Below are positions 1-9,292 of a stretch of 64,000 nt of DNA, in pieces. The DNA is from an uncultured Nitrososphaerota archaeon (lineage in GTDB: Archaea; Thermoproteota; Nitrososphaeria; Nitrososphaerales; Nitrosopumilaceae): contig CAWGPD010000001.1 of the NCBI GenBank assembly GCA_963824385.1, positions 192,001-256,000 on the forward strand. Reading direction: 5' to 3'. The notes below the pieces were generated by a model, which was given only the letters and a program-made list of their open reading frames with translations, searched no databases and was not told the DNA's origin. Every line of letters begins with the position of its first letter. The stretch's first letter is position 1. A program made the translations under genes and the position numbers.

Positions 1-220
1 ATTGCTTTTTCCTTTTAGGTAGAAACAGAATCATCGTTCCTAGAATAATCAAGATACCAACTAGCACGGTATACATCAATGCCAGCGGCAATGACCTGAC
101 ATAATCAGTCTCCTGGTTAGGAATTAGAAAATTAGAGCCTGTAGAAAGTTGCCATATAAGAAAAAAAGAGCCAATTAATGCAATCATATCAATAATCAGA
201 ATTTTTCTAAATGGCTTCAT
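1..220 (-). CDS. Small membrane protein (3' end runs off window)
   Basis: Manually translated from ATG at 220: MKPFRKILIIDMIALIGSFFLIWQ...LALMYTVLVGILIILGTMILFLPKRKKQ; two hydrophobic segments. Confidence 0.55.
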   Translation of the reverse strand, partial: MKPFRKILIIDMIALIGSFFLIWQLSTGSNFLIPNQETDYVRSLPLALMYTVLVGILIILGTMILFLPKRKKQ

Positions 221-277
221 GAAATCACTACCAAAGTACTAACGTTAAACAATTTCTAGAAATTCACGATGATTTCT

Positions 278-580
278 TTATGTTTTTCTTTTCTTTGGCT
301 GGTTGCCTTGCTGTTTTCTTTTAGGTCGTTTAGAGTTATCATACTCTTTTGCCCTATTTTCAGTATAGTTAATCTGAAGCATAACATGTCGAATTTTTTT
401 TCTTTTTTGTACATCTGGAAAATGAAGTAACATGAATTCATCTAGTTCTTCAACGCCCCGTTCTTCTAGTATCTCTAATCCAATTCTTCCCGCTTCACGC
501 GAGTTGTCCAATCCACACTTGGGACATGTTGCACCTCGTAGAATTTTTGATCTGCATCTAGAATCAATACAGCGCATCAT
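278..580 (-). CDS. Hypothetical protein with N-terminal zinc finger and basic tail
   Basis: CxxxxC...CPKCG motif; K/R-rich C-terminus; TATA-like element upstream. Confidence 0.55.
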   Translation of the reverse strand: MMRCIDSRCRSKILRGATCPKCGLDNSREAGRIGLEILEERGVEELDEFMLLHFPDVQKRKKIRHVMLQINYTENRAKEYDNSKRPKRKQQGNQPKKRKT

Positions 581-695
581 GGAGTAAATTCTGTAAACGT
601 TCTATAAAAACAACTGGAATTTTTCAAAAGATATGAATTGTTGAAATTTACAAAACAGAAAACATCAAAAGTGCCAATTCATCACAAGAATTCAA

Positions 696-833
696 TTGAA
701 TAAAGAAGAATGTCTAGAATGCATGTCCAAAAATACCGGTGAGTATATGGACCCAATTGAAAAAAGCGACGGCATGCACTATTATTTTCTGTGCGAAGAT
801 TGTAAGCACGAGTGGGAAATAATAAGAAAATAA
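696..833 (+). CDS. 45-aa zinc ribbon microprotein, TFIIS/TFS C-terminal ribbon-like
   Basis: Not in ORF track; TTG start; MNKEECLECMSKNTGEYMDPIEKSDGMHYYFLCEDCKHEWEIIRK; CxxC-x23-CxxC-xHxW. Confidence 0.6.
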   Translation: MNKEECLECMSKNTGEYMDPIEKSDGMHYYFLCEDCKHEWEIIRK

Positions 834-838
834 TTCTA

Positions 839-855
839 AATAGAAATTGCTAAAT
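839..855 (+). promoter_or_regulatory. 17-bp promoter element AATAGAAATTGCTAAAT, copy 1
   Basis: Identical copies at 2564 and 2958; each ends 25-26 nt before a start codon. Confidence 0.7.
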
Positions 856-879
856 CACCTATTCTAACTTTGAACAATA

Positions 880-1077
880 ATGGGTTTTGAAGGAATAGAC
901 AATCAGATTGAGCGTTATACAAAGCAGATTAACGAAATCACTGAAAAACTCAAAGATCCTAATCTTAGATATACTGCAAAAAAGAAACTAGAATCGGAAT
1001 TGGCAATTGCCACCCAAGAAAGAACAAAATGGAAGATACGAAAAAATAACCAATTTACTACAAGGCACAAGCAATAG
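880..1077 (+). CDS. Small coiled-coil hypothetical protein
   Basis: 65-aa charged helical ORF directly downstream of the 17-bp element. Confidence 0.65.
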   Translation: MGFEGIDNQIERYTKQINEITEKLKDPNLRYTAKKKLESELAIATQERTKWKIRKNNQFTTRHKQ

Positions 1078-1088
1078 GTAAAATCAGA

Positions 1089-1238
1089 TTATATTTTTGC
1101 AGATTTTGCAACAGGCCTCATTCCGCCATGAATGTCATTTTTACATCCATCGCATACATATTGGTTAACAGAGCCTTTTCCATAATGACCGCATCTACAA
1201 CTAGTACATGCGCACAATACTCTGTCAAAGACTTTCAT
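1089..1238 (-). CDS. 49-aa Cys-rich metal-binding microprotein
   Basis: Not in ORF track; MKVFDRVLCACTSCRCGHYGKGSVNQYVCDGCKNDIHGGMRPVAKSAKI; TTTTAATA about 24 nt upstream. Confidence 0.6.
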   Translation of the reverse strand: MKVFDRVLCACTSCRCGHYGKGSVNQYVCDGCKNDIHGGMRPVAKSAKI

Positions 1239-1544
1239 ACCAATTTGGTGCCATGCACGAATATTAAAACTGTTTTTAGTCCTAATTTGTCGATCATTAA
1301 CGGTACCTTACAATCTCGAATAGATTTAGTTCAATCATGACTAGTTTCCTGTAATTTGAGATCAGTCGATCAACAATCTTGCAAGTCGACATAAATCAGA
1401 AAAGTCATACAAATCAAAAAATAAAATTAGATCATTTTGATGTGCCAAAATGTATTCAACAAATCATCATTATCTCCATCATGGTATCAGATATTACAAA
1501 AAAATTCCATCGCACTTATGTTGGAATAAAAAATATCATACATA

Positions 1545-2096
1545 ATGCACAATTCCATAACAATAAGATTACCAGATGCAATGATTCAGGGCATTGATGA
1601 AATTTGTAAAAAGCAAGAAAGTACAAGACAAGAAATAATCAGAAGAGCACTATCAATGATGTTACTTGATGAACATCGCATGTCAGAGTCTGAGATGCAA
1701 ACATCAAGACAATTTTCTCCAGACAAAGTACATTCCAAGATCCATGCCATAGTAATAGAAGATGATCATGACATGAGAGATATTTTTGCTGAAGTTCTTC
1801 AAATGCACAACATTACAGTCATTGGAACAGGCTCAAACGGCAAAGAGGCAGCAGACTTGTATGAGAAACTCCATCCAGACATTATCTTCATGGATATAAT
1901 GATGCCTGCATACGATGGATTTTACGGAATACAAGCAATTCAAAAGATTAACCCAGATGCAAAGATAATCATAGTGACAGGCGGTGTGATTGATTCAAAA
2001 AAGAATCCGCTTTCCAAAACAACACAGATTGTGGAAAAACCAGTAGATATGAAAGGCATAATGAATGCCGTAAATAAAATTATGATATCAAACTAA
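1545..2096 (+). CDS. Response regulator: N-terminal ribbon-helix-helix (CopG-like) plus receiver domain
   Basis: ITIRLPDAMIQGIDEIC...RQEIIRRAL (RHH); IEDD, FMDIMMP, VTG and KP receiver motifs. Confidence 0.85.
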   Translation: MHNSITIRLPDAMIQGIDEICKKQESTRQEIIRRALSMMLLDEHRMSESEMQTSRQFSPDKVHSKIHAIVIEDDHDMRDIFAEVLQMHNITVIGTGSNGKEAADLYEKLHPDIIFMDIMMPAYDGFYGIQAIQKINPDAKIIIVTGGVIDSKKNPLSKTTQIVEKPVDMKGIMNAVNKIMISN

Positions 2097-2141
2097 CCAT
2101 TTTAGCACATACAATATATGGTATAAAAAAACACAAAAATC

Positions 2142-2426
2142 ATGGGCGACGGAATAGGAGGTCCTGTAATTAGTTGCTTGTCTGGAGACACTTTTGAGAT
2201 GTCAGTCACCCATTTTCGTAAAGACAATAAAGATGAATATGGAAATGTTGAAAGAATTGTGATTGCCAAGGTTGACAATCCCGAAGAACCGCAATATGAA
2301 GAAAAGACTGTTTATGATTTAGAACGTGCACTAAAGGGAAAGTTTGTCACATGCAATGTACAGTATAGGGACCCAAAAACAGATAGGCTGATTTGTAATG
2401 TATTTGTTCAAAATCCTCCAGAGTAG
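2142..2426 (+). CDS. Degenerate thermonuclease (SNase)-like OB-fold protein
   Basis: SGDTF, RIVIAKVDNPE, LKGKFV and DRLICNVFV parallel the SNase motifs DGDT, IRLxGIDAPE and YGRxLAxV. Confidence 0.6.
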   Translation: MGDGIGGPVISCLSGDTFEMSVTHFRKDNKDEYGNVERIVIAKVDNPEEPQYEEKTVYDLERALKGKFVTCNVQYRDPKTDRLICNVFVQNPPE

Positions 2427-2563
2427 AACATAACAGATCGTGACCAGTATCTCCAATCGGTCAAAGGATTGCCATACTAACATCATTCCGTTTGGAGGTC
2501 TACGGTCTGTAACATGGCATACTTGATAGAATAAATTGTTTGCCCGACCGCTCCTTTATTGCC

Positions 2564-2580
2564 AATAGAAATTGCTAAAT
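2564..2580 (+). promoter_or_regulatory. 17-bp promoter element AATAGAAATTGCTAAAT, copy 2
   Basis: Ends 25 nt before the TTG at 2605. Confidence 0.7.
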
Positions 2581-2604
2581 CATTAAACTGACTTTATTGA
2601 TACG

Positions 2605-2775
2605 TTGCAGAAAAAATGTGCCAAATGTGGAGATCCGTTTGAATGTGAAGAGCGTGAGACATGCTGGTGCTCCCAAGAGCCATCATTAAAAGAAAAAGAG
2701 ATCAAATATGATTCCTGTGTATGCAAGAGATGTCTTATTTTACAATATGGCAATCGTTTGATAGGAAATGATTAA
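2605..2775 (+). CDS. Cysteine-rich CWC family protein (56 aa)
   Basis: Not in ORF track; MQKKCAKCGDPFECEERETCWCSQEP...CVCKRCL matches the CxxCG..F.C...CWC...C.C..CL pattern. Confidence 0.75.
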   Translation: MQKKCAKCGDPFECEERETCWCSQEPSLKEKEIKYDSCVCKRCLILQYGNRLIGND

Positions 2776-2835
2776 AAGTAATATAACAAAAATCAATTTT
2801 TTAAAACCTATATAGTTTGATGACGTATAGGAACC

Positions 2836-2925
2836 GAACCGTTGCTGAAAAGTAAGGTTACGAAACGTTGCTGAAAGAATGTATTTGCGAGGTCCGACAT
2901 GAGAAGTTTGAGGCAGCAACGGTTC
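2836..2925. ncRNA. Candidate structured element bounded by a 12-bp perfect inverted repeat
   Basis: GAACCGTTGCTG (2836-2847) / CAGCAACGGTTC (2914-2925); internal repeat of CGTTGCTGAAA at 2866; GC-richer than flanks. Confidence 0.35.
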
Positions 2926-2957
2926 AGATGTTATAAAATATCCACTAGCTAAACATC

Positions 2958-2974
2958 AATAGAAATTGCTAAAT
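2958..2974 (+). promoter_or_regulatory. 17-bp promoter element AATAGAAATTGCTAAAT, copy 3
   Basis: Ends 26 nt before the TTG at 3000. Confidence 0.7.
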
Positions 2975-2999
2975 TATTGTATCAATCCACAATTGTAAA

Positions 3000-3197
3000 T
3001 TGAAAATTAATAGGATGTCAATTTTGTCTTTTATCACGTTTGGCCTTTCAGCACTATCATTTCTAGTCATGCGTATATACGAATCAAAGATTGCAGGATG
3101 GGCAGCAGTAGTTTTTGGTTTTATTGCCATTGGAAGCATGACAATTGTAGGATTACAAAGATTAAGAGATGGCAAAATTGCCAAATCTCAGAATTAA
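3000..3197 (+). CDS. Small 2-TM membrane protein
   Basis: Two hydrophobic helices; downstream of the 17-bp element. Confidence 0.65.
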   Translation: MKINRMSILSFITFGLSALSFLVMRIYESKIAGWAAVVFGFIAIGSMTIVGLQRLRDGKIAKSQN

Positions 3198-3260
3198 ACA
3201 AGCAATACTAGCTTATGAAGAGTTCAAATAAGATATTGAGAAAATACAATGTGGGTAATA

Positions 3261-3674
3261 ATGGGATTATTTGGCAGTAAAAATCAAGTTTGTACAGTTT
3301 GTAAAAAAGAGGTTCCCAGTACAAGCAAGCCCAAAAAAGAGTGGAATCTCAAAGGGGCAGTATGCGCCAAGTGTTATGTAGAATTGATGAAAAAACCTCA
3401 CGAGAAAAAAAAGAATCCTGATGACATGTGTGTACTATGCGGCTCAGAACCTGGCGGGTTATACCTGTGGAAGCCAAAAAAACAATGGTCTCTAAAAGGA
3501 TGGCTATGTGAGCCTTGTTACAATGAAAAAGAAAAAACTGACAATGAGTTGAAAAAAAATTGTGTTTTATGTAATGCAAAACTTGGCTTTATTGCACGTC
3601 ATGCAAAAAAAGAATGGAATGTTGAAGGATATCTATGCAAAAACTGCTGGAATTTACAAGAATCAAAAACTTGA
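3261..3674 (+). CDS. Protein with three tandem zinc-finger repeats
   Basis: 3x CxxC...KKxW.xxG.xCxxC; likely start MGLFG. Confidence 0.75.
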   Translation: MGLFGSKNQVCTVCKKEVPSTSKPKKEWNLKGAVCAKCYVELMKKPHEKKKNPDDMCVLCGSEPGGLYLWKPKKQWSLKGWLCEPCYNEKEKTDNELKKNCVLCNAKLGFIARHAKKEWNVEGYLCKNCWNLQESKT

Positions 3675-3765
3675 ATTTTTCTCATCTAAGAACTAACTTT
3701 AAGATCTTTGTTTGGATGATGAGGATTAGTTAAATCACAGTAAAACAGAGAAATATCAGAATACA

Positions 3766-4257
3766 ATGAATATTGTAAAAATAGCGATGTTAATCGTAGC
3801 AGCTGCTGCCATTGTTGCAATTGTTGTATCTATAGATCCTTTCAAGCCTGCCAGTACCAGCGGTATAATCAGATTGAGTGTAACGGCTCAAACAACTCCA
3901 GATAACATAAAGGTGCACACTGAATCAGATATTACCAATATTGATATTGATACAACAATTTTGGATAATTCAACATTAGATAATATTCCTGTATTGAAAA
4001 ATGCAATTGATCAAGCAAATAGCAGATTTGTCCCCCCTCCATTCCATGGTAGACATACTTTTGAAACGCGAATAACCCAAGATGATGCAAATTCCATTAT
4101 CCAGTTAGCTGGAAGTAAAGTAAATCAACTACCCCCAACTCAATTCGATGATTCCAATTTTGGAGTAAGTTTTAATGATAACACGTCTATCATGGAATTC
4201 AAGCTGGATAATTTCTATTATTATGTTACAGTAGAGCAGCTCACGCCCGCATCATAA
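3766..4257 (+). CDS. Membrane-anchored/secreted hypothetical protein
   Basis: N-terminal hydrophobic helix; 163 aa. Confidence 0.7.
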   Translation: MNIVKIAMLIVAAAAIVAIVVSIDPFKPASTSGIIRLSVTAQTTPDNIKVHTESDITNIDIDTTILDNSTLDNIPVLKNAIDQANSRFVPPPFHGRHTFETRITQDDANSIIQLAGSKVNQLPPTQFDDSNFGVSFNDNTSIMEFKLDNFYYYVTVEQLTPAS

Positions 4258-4314
4258 TTGTGTGATTAAATAATACAGACATGTCCCTATTAGGGATAAT
4301 TCCTATTTTCATCC

Positions 4315-4692
4315 GTGTTAGAAGTTCTTGCAAAAAATGAATCTGGTCATTTTTATGACAAATCAATATTAAATGAAGGAGTAGAGTTTATCGGATTAAT
4401 TAACAAGCATGGAAAGATGGAAGATATTTTATCCAAAAATGAGATAAATCTATCACAGGAAAGAATAGCAATGTTTTCAATGGAACTTAGGTTACAAAGC
4501 TCCATGTTAAGTGATTTTGATCCAGAGTTTGGACCAGTAAGTTACACCCTGACAGAGAGAGAAGAATTAAAGTTTGTTTCAATACAGGTCTTTCCATATA
4601 TCATACTGGCAATTATGAAAAACGATATTGACCATACTCCAATGATTGATAAAATTAAAATCAATGTACAAAATTTTAAAAATAAAGCCTAA
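4315..4692 (+). CDS. Thaumarchaeal roadblock/profilin-like protein (DUF6659-like)
   Basis: FIGLINKHGK...DFDPEFGPVSYTLTERE pattern. Confidence 0.65.
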   Translation: MLEVLAKNESGHFYDKSILNEGVEFIGLINKHGKMEDILSKNEINLSQERIAMFSMELRLQSSMLSDFDPEFGPVSYTLTEREELKFVSIQVFPYIILAIMKNDIDHTPMIDKIKINVQNFKNKA

Positions 4693-4738
4693 GCTGTAAG
4701 ACTAGTCTCCTTTTTTGCCACGAAATATTTGCGCCATG

Positions 4739-4927
4739 TCAGACTAAGAGATACATTGCACCAATTGCAAACATTGCACTAAAAAGCAACAAAGATGGAA
4801 AACCATACAGACTAGTTTGAGAATAATTTTCGAAATTAGCTGCATTAAGATAATTCCAGGATTGGGACAGTCCTATTATACCGACTATAACCAGAGCAAC
4901 TTGAAACAGTATTGATTTTATAGACAT
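4739..4927 (-). CDS. Small 2-TM membrane protein
   Basis: Hydrophobic 62-aa ORF. Confidence 0.55.
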   Translation of the reverse strand: MSIKSILFQVALVIVGIIGLSQSWNYLNAANFENYSQTSLYGFPSLLLFSAMFAIGAMYLLV

Positions 4928-5216
4928 GCTAGAAGTATTCCTCTTTTATTCAAGTGTATAATCTGTTCTCCTTCGGACCTATATTGACATTCTCGATTTG
5001 ATTATCTGTATGATTTGGTCTAAATTTTAGCAGTCATTTTCAAAGCATCATGATGATAATTATGATTTATAGAATTTCCAGCAAATTACATTTTCCATAT
5101 AATATGAATCACTAACTATTCAGGCATGAAATCAAAGATTCAAAAAACAAAGTGATAACCAGTCAACTAAATATTGGTAAAATCTTTTTAGACAGAAATA
5201 ACAATACCAATGCATC

Positions 5217-5519
5217 TTGTTGTTAGACATCAATACCATAATTAGAGAAATAGAAGAGTACGTAGCAAATTTTGGTGGAAATTATCCAGATTGGTATGTA
5301 GGAATAGCGTCAAATCCTAAAAACATGTTATTCCAAGACCATAATGTTCATGTAGAAAACGATGTATGGATACACAAACTTGCAAGATCATTAAATGACG
5401 TAAGGGTAATAGAAGATCATTTTCACAATGTAAGACATGCAGATGGTGCAAGCAGGATAGGAGACAATACTACTGTATACATTTACGCATATAGAAAAAC
5501 AAAACATACTAGAGAATAA
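5217..5519 (+). CDS. Hypothetical protein, possible GIY-YIG-like fold
   Basis: WYVGIASNP..L..H and YIYAY motifs. Confidence 0.5.
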   Translation: MLLDINTIIREIEEYVANFGGNYPDWYVGIASNPKNMLFQDHNVHVENDVWIHKLARSLNDVRVIEDHFHNVRHADGASRIGDNTTVYIYAYRKTKHTRE

Positions 5520-5602
5520 CACTAGTTTTTTCAAGTTAAATTTCCTACGATAAAGTAATTTGGTGGAGACCTTAATAATTACAAAATATATGCTTATGTG
5601 AT

Positions 5603-5842
5603 TTGTCCATCTTTTCTGGAAACAATAAAACTCGAAAAAGATTGGTACGTCCTACAAAAATACAAGTTGCACGAAGTCAGAATTTCATGTGTGATGGTTG
5701 TAAAGGACAGATAACAAGTGACGATGCGTATGACATTTTTCATAAAGATGGAGACTCGTCAAACAACAACATTACAAATTTAAAGGTCGTACACACTAAA
5801 TGTCACAGAATAATCAATAGTAAAAAGAAAAAGGGAAAATAA
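5603..5842 (+). CDS. Minimal HNH endonuclease-signature protein
   Basis: CDGC...DIFHKDGDSSNNNITNLKVVHTKCH. Confidence 0.7.
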   Translation: MSIFSGNNKTRKRLVRPTKIQVARSQNFMCDGCKGQITSDDAYDIFHKDGDSSNNNITNLKVVHTKCHRIINSKKKKGK

Positions 5843-5909
5843 TGATTCTTAGAAATTTCCTAGAGTTGATGATGATTAGAAATGATGTTGCTGTTTTATC
5901 GTAAAATAC

Positions 5910-6905
5910 TCAAATAAGTAATAATCTAGCTCTGATAGATAATACAATTACTGATAGAATTGAAATTCCAAGCATTATTGATGCAACAGAACCAAATTCA
6001 GGAACAGTTTGTGCTGTCTTGGATAAGAATGAAAATCCATGTGCACTTACAGCATTATTGAAATATCCCCCAACTATCTGACCTACACTATTAATTTCAT
6101 TTGCAGCTGTATTGATAGAATTTGGGTAATCAATTGAGGTATAGACACCAGATGAAAGTAGAAAACCATGGTAGTTTCCTAAACTATCATCATATTGTCC
6201 AACTATCTGGCCAGCATCATTAATTCCGTTAATATGAGTACCAGTGGCATTAGGATAATCAATTTGGGTAAAAGTGCCAGATGAGAGTAGAAAACCATGA
6301 AAGTGTCCCGAACCATCAACATATTCTCCAACTATTTGTCCTGCATTGTTAATTCCATTGGCACGTGTACCAGTGGCATTTGGATAATCTATTGAGGTGT
6401 ATGTACCAGATGAAAGTAGAAAACCATGGTAGTATGCAGAACTATCATCATAATATCCAACTATCTTGCCATCAGCGTTAATTCCACTAGCACCTGTACG
6501 AGTGGCATTAGGGTAATCAATTGAGGTGTATGTACCAGATGAATAAAGAAAACCGCGATAGTGTGGTGAGCCGTCACTATATTGCCCAACTATCTGACCA
6601 TCATTGTTAATCCCAATAGCATCCGTAGCAACAGCATTGGGATAATCTATTGAGGTGTATGTACCAGATGAAAGTAGAAAACCATGTGGAGGATACTTTG
6701 AGCCATAATCAAATTCTCCAACTATCTGCCCAGCATTGTTAATTCCATTAGCTGCTGAACGAGTGGCATTTGGATAATCTATCATGTTAAAACTATTTTG
6801 TGTTGATTGTGATAGTGTTGTACCTGTTGTATCTTCTTGGGCAAATGCGTTGATAGTGCCAAATGAACACAAGATGATAATAATTCCAGAAATTAAATAT
6901 CTCAT
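5910..6905 (-). CDS. HAF-repeat extracellular beta-propeller with PEFG-CTERM anchor
   Basis: Signal peptide; six repeats of IDYPNA..A.GIN..GQIVG....HGFL; VPEFG + TM + basic tail. Confidence 0.9.
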   Translation of the reverse strand: MRYLISGIIIILCSFGTINAFAQEDTTGTTLSQSTQNSFNMIDYPNATRSAANGINNAGQIVGEFDYGSKYPPHGFLLSSGTYTSIDYPNAVATDAIGINNDGQIVGQYSDGSPHYRGFLYSSGTYTSIDYPNATRTGASGINADGKIVGYYDDSSAYYHGFLLSSGTYTSIDYPNATGTRANGINNAGQIVGEYVDGSGHFHGFLLSSGTFTQIDYPNATGTHINGINDAGQIVGQYDDSLGNYHGFLLSSGVYTSIDYPNSINTAANEINSVGQIVGGYFNNAVSAHGFSFLSKTAQTVPEFGSVASIMLGISILSVIVLSIRARLLLI

Positions 6906-7038
6906 TGCTACTAATTTTTTATGGGATTAAATAAAGTCACTCATATTAGATGAAAGACTAAAGTTAAACAAACTGTTTTTAGATCATTACATCGACCAGA
7001 AATATTGTTCTCAAATCCAGCTAAGTGGAATTCTATTT

Positions 7039-9233
7039 TTACTCGCTATCCACGTATTCGTCAGGTGTTGGCACTTCGGGTGCAAGTCCCTTTCTCTTTC
7101 TAATATCACCAATTACTTTGGTCAGAATAGAGTTTGGAATTGGAGTCCAAGCTTTAAAGTGAGTGTTCCACATTGCACGTCCTGCAGTTTGACCACGCAT
7201 TATCTCAGACAAGTCAAATGTTTCTGATGCTGGAAGTTCTCCTGATATGATATGTATGACACCTTTTTGTTCCATGTTCAAGACCTTGCCACGCTTTCCA
7301 GATATTACACCTGCAACGTTTCCAATCATCTCTTGTGGCACACGTACTTCAATTCCAAGCATTGGCTCTAGCAATACAGGTTGAGCCAAAAGCATTGCTC
7401 CTGTACAGGCTCGCCTAGATGCAGGTCCTAGTTGTGATAGGCCACGATGGGCTGGATCCTCGTGTGGAACAAAGTGTGTAAATGTAAACTTGGCCCCTCT
7501 TACCTGTTCTCTTGCAAGAGGACCTTCTTTAACAGAATCTTCAAATCCAGATAATATAGAATCAGTTGATTCCCCTACAAACTGGACACCCTTGGTTCCA
7601 TCCACCATGACATTACCTCGTATATCAAATCTCATGACACGTTTTGCCTCGTCGCCATCCCATCCTGCTTCTTTGAGAATCTTGGCAACTTCCTTCTTGT
7701 CCTTGTATTCGTTTAGTGTACCGTTTCTTATCATTTCAGCAATCTTTTCATCCAATGGTTCAACCTTCATGAAGATCTTGTTGTGTCTGTTTGGCGACTT
7801 GGACATGATAGGTCCTGCACCACCACGAATTGTCTCTCTATAATTAATCAACGGCTGAGATGTAACAATATCCACCTTGGCATCTGCAATCAATGCAGTT
7901 GCAATCTCCAAGTGTAGCACACCCATTCCAGCGATAATAGTCTCACCAGATTCTTCGTTAATTTTTACAACTAGATTAGGATCTTCTATAGTGATACGAT
8001 TTAACGCTTCAACAAGTTTTGGCAAATCTTTAGGATGTTTTGGTTCTACTGCAATTGATACAACAGGCTCTGATACATACTGGATTCCCTCAAATGCATT
8101 AATCCCTGGAATAGAAGATAAAGTCTGGCCTGCTCTTGCATGTTCCAATCCAAGCAAAGCTGGAATGTTTCCTGCTGCTAATTGTCCTACCATCTCTCTT
8201 TGGTTACCCATGAAAAAGTTTACAGATTGAACTCTGCCTTCTCGTTTTGTATCAATCAAATGTATCCTATCACCATCTTTTATCCTGCCAGAAAATAATC
8301 TTCCAATTGCAACAGGACCTGCTGCAGGGTCTACTGTCATGTTTACAATCATCATTACAGTTGGACCATTGTCATCACAATTCAAAAGAGCTTTACCAAT
8401 ATCAGATTCCAAATCTCCTTTCCAGATTTTTGGAATTCTATATTTTTGTGCAACATCAGGAGATGGGTGATGTTTTACAACCATTCCAAGTACTGCGTCA
8501 TATAATGGAGCTTTTTTCTGCAAGCTTCTTTACGTCGCCACCATCAGAATATGCTTCGTATATATCCTTGAACGAAATTCCCTTTTTCTTCATCACATCT
8601 GCATTAAATCCCCACTTGTCCTTTGCAGAACCAAATGAGACACTGCCGTCCTGAATGCTTACCTTCCACTTTTCCTTGTATTCAGGTTCTGCGTAAATGT
8701 CAATTAGTCTGTTAAAGTTTGTAATAATATCTAGCAGCCAAGCTTGCATCTTCTCTGGTGGCAATCTTAGTTCCTTTATGAGACGGTCAATCTTGTTGAT
8801 ATACAAAACAGGTCTCACTCTTTCCTCTAACGCCTGACGAGTTACAGTCTCAGTCTGTGTCATGATACCTTCAACTGAATCTGAAACCACTACTGCGCCA
8901 TCAATAGTCTCTCAAACTTCTTGTAACTCTGCCGGTAAAGTCAATGTGTCCTGGAGTATCTATCATGTTAATTACATATTCTTCGCCGTTTTGTTCATAA
9001 AGCAAAGTAACGTTTGCTTGGACAATTGTCATCTGTCTGTCTTGTTCAAGCTTCATCGAATCAAGTGCCAAAGCTTGGCCTGCAACAGATGGACTGATAA
9101 TTCCACTTGATGCAAGAAGACTATCACTCATGGTTGTCTTGCCGTGGTCTACGTGAGTCATGACTCCAAAGTTACGAATATTTTTTTTATTACCAATAAT
9201 ACTTAGAATTTGATCTGTTGCCTTGAACTTCAT
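7039..9233 (-). CDS. fusA: Archaeal translation elongation factor 2 (split by two apparent +1 frameshifts near 8905 and 8518)
   Basis: HVDHGKTT, DTPGH, NKID; diphthamide-region HEDPAHRG; three ORFs join into one EF-2. Confidence 0.95.
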
Positions 9234-9292
9234 GGTTTAAATAAAATCCTTTTCCAGTCGGTATTAAACGTTTAGAAGAATTATTAAAAAAA

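Noticed and set aside
1128..1597. Plus-strand ORFs 1128-1340 and 1379-1597
   Set aside because: No recognisable motifs; the first overlaps a better minus-strand Cys-rich ORF and the second spans the promoter of the 1545 gene
8498..8910. Programmed frameshifting or a split EF-2
   Set aside because: Simple one-base insertions, one in a homopolymer, matching the window-wide error pattern
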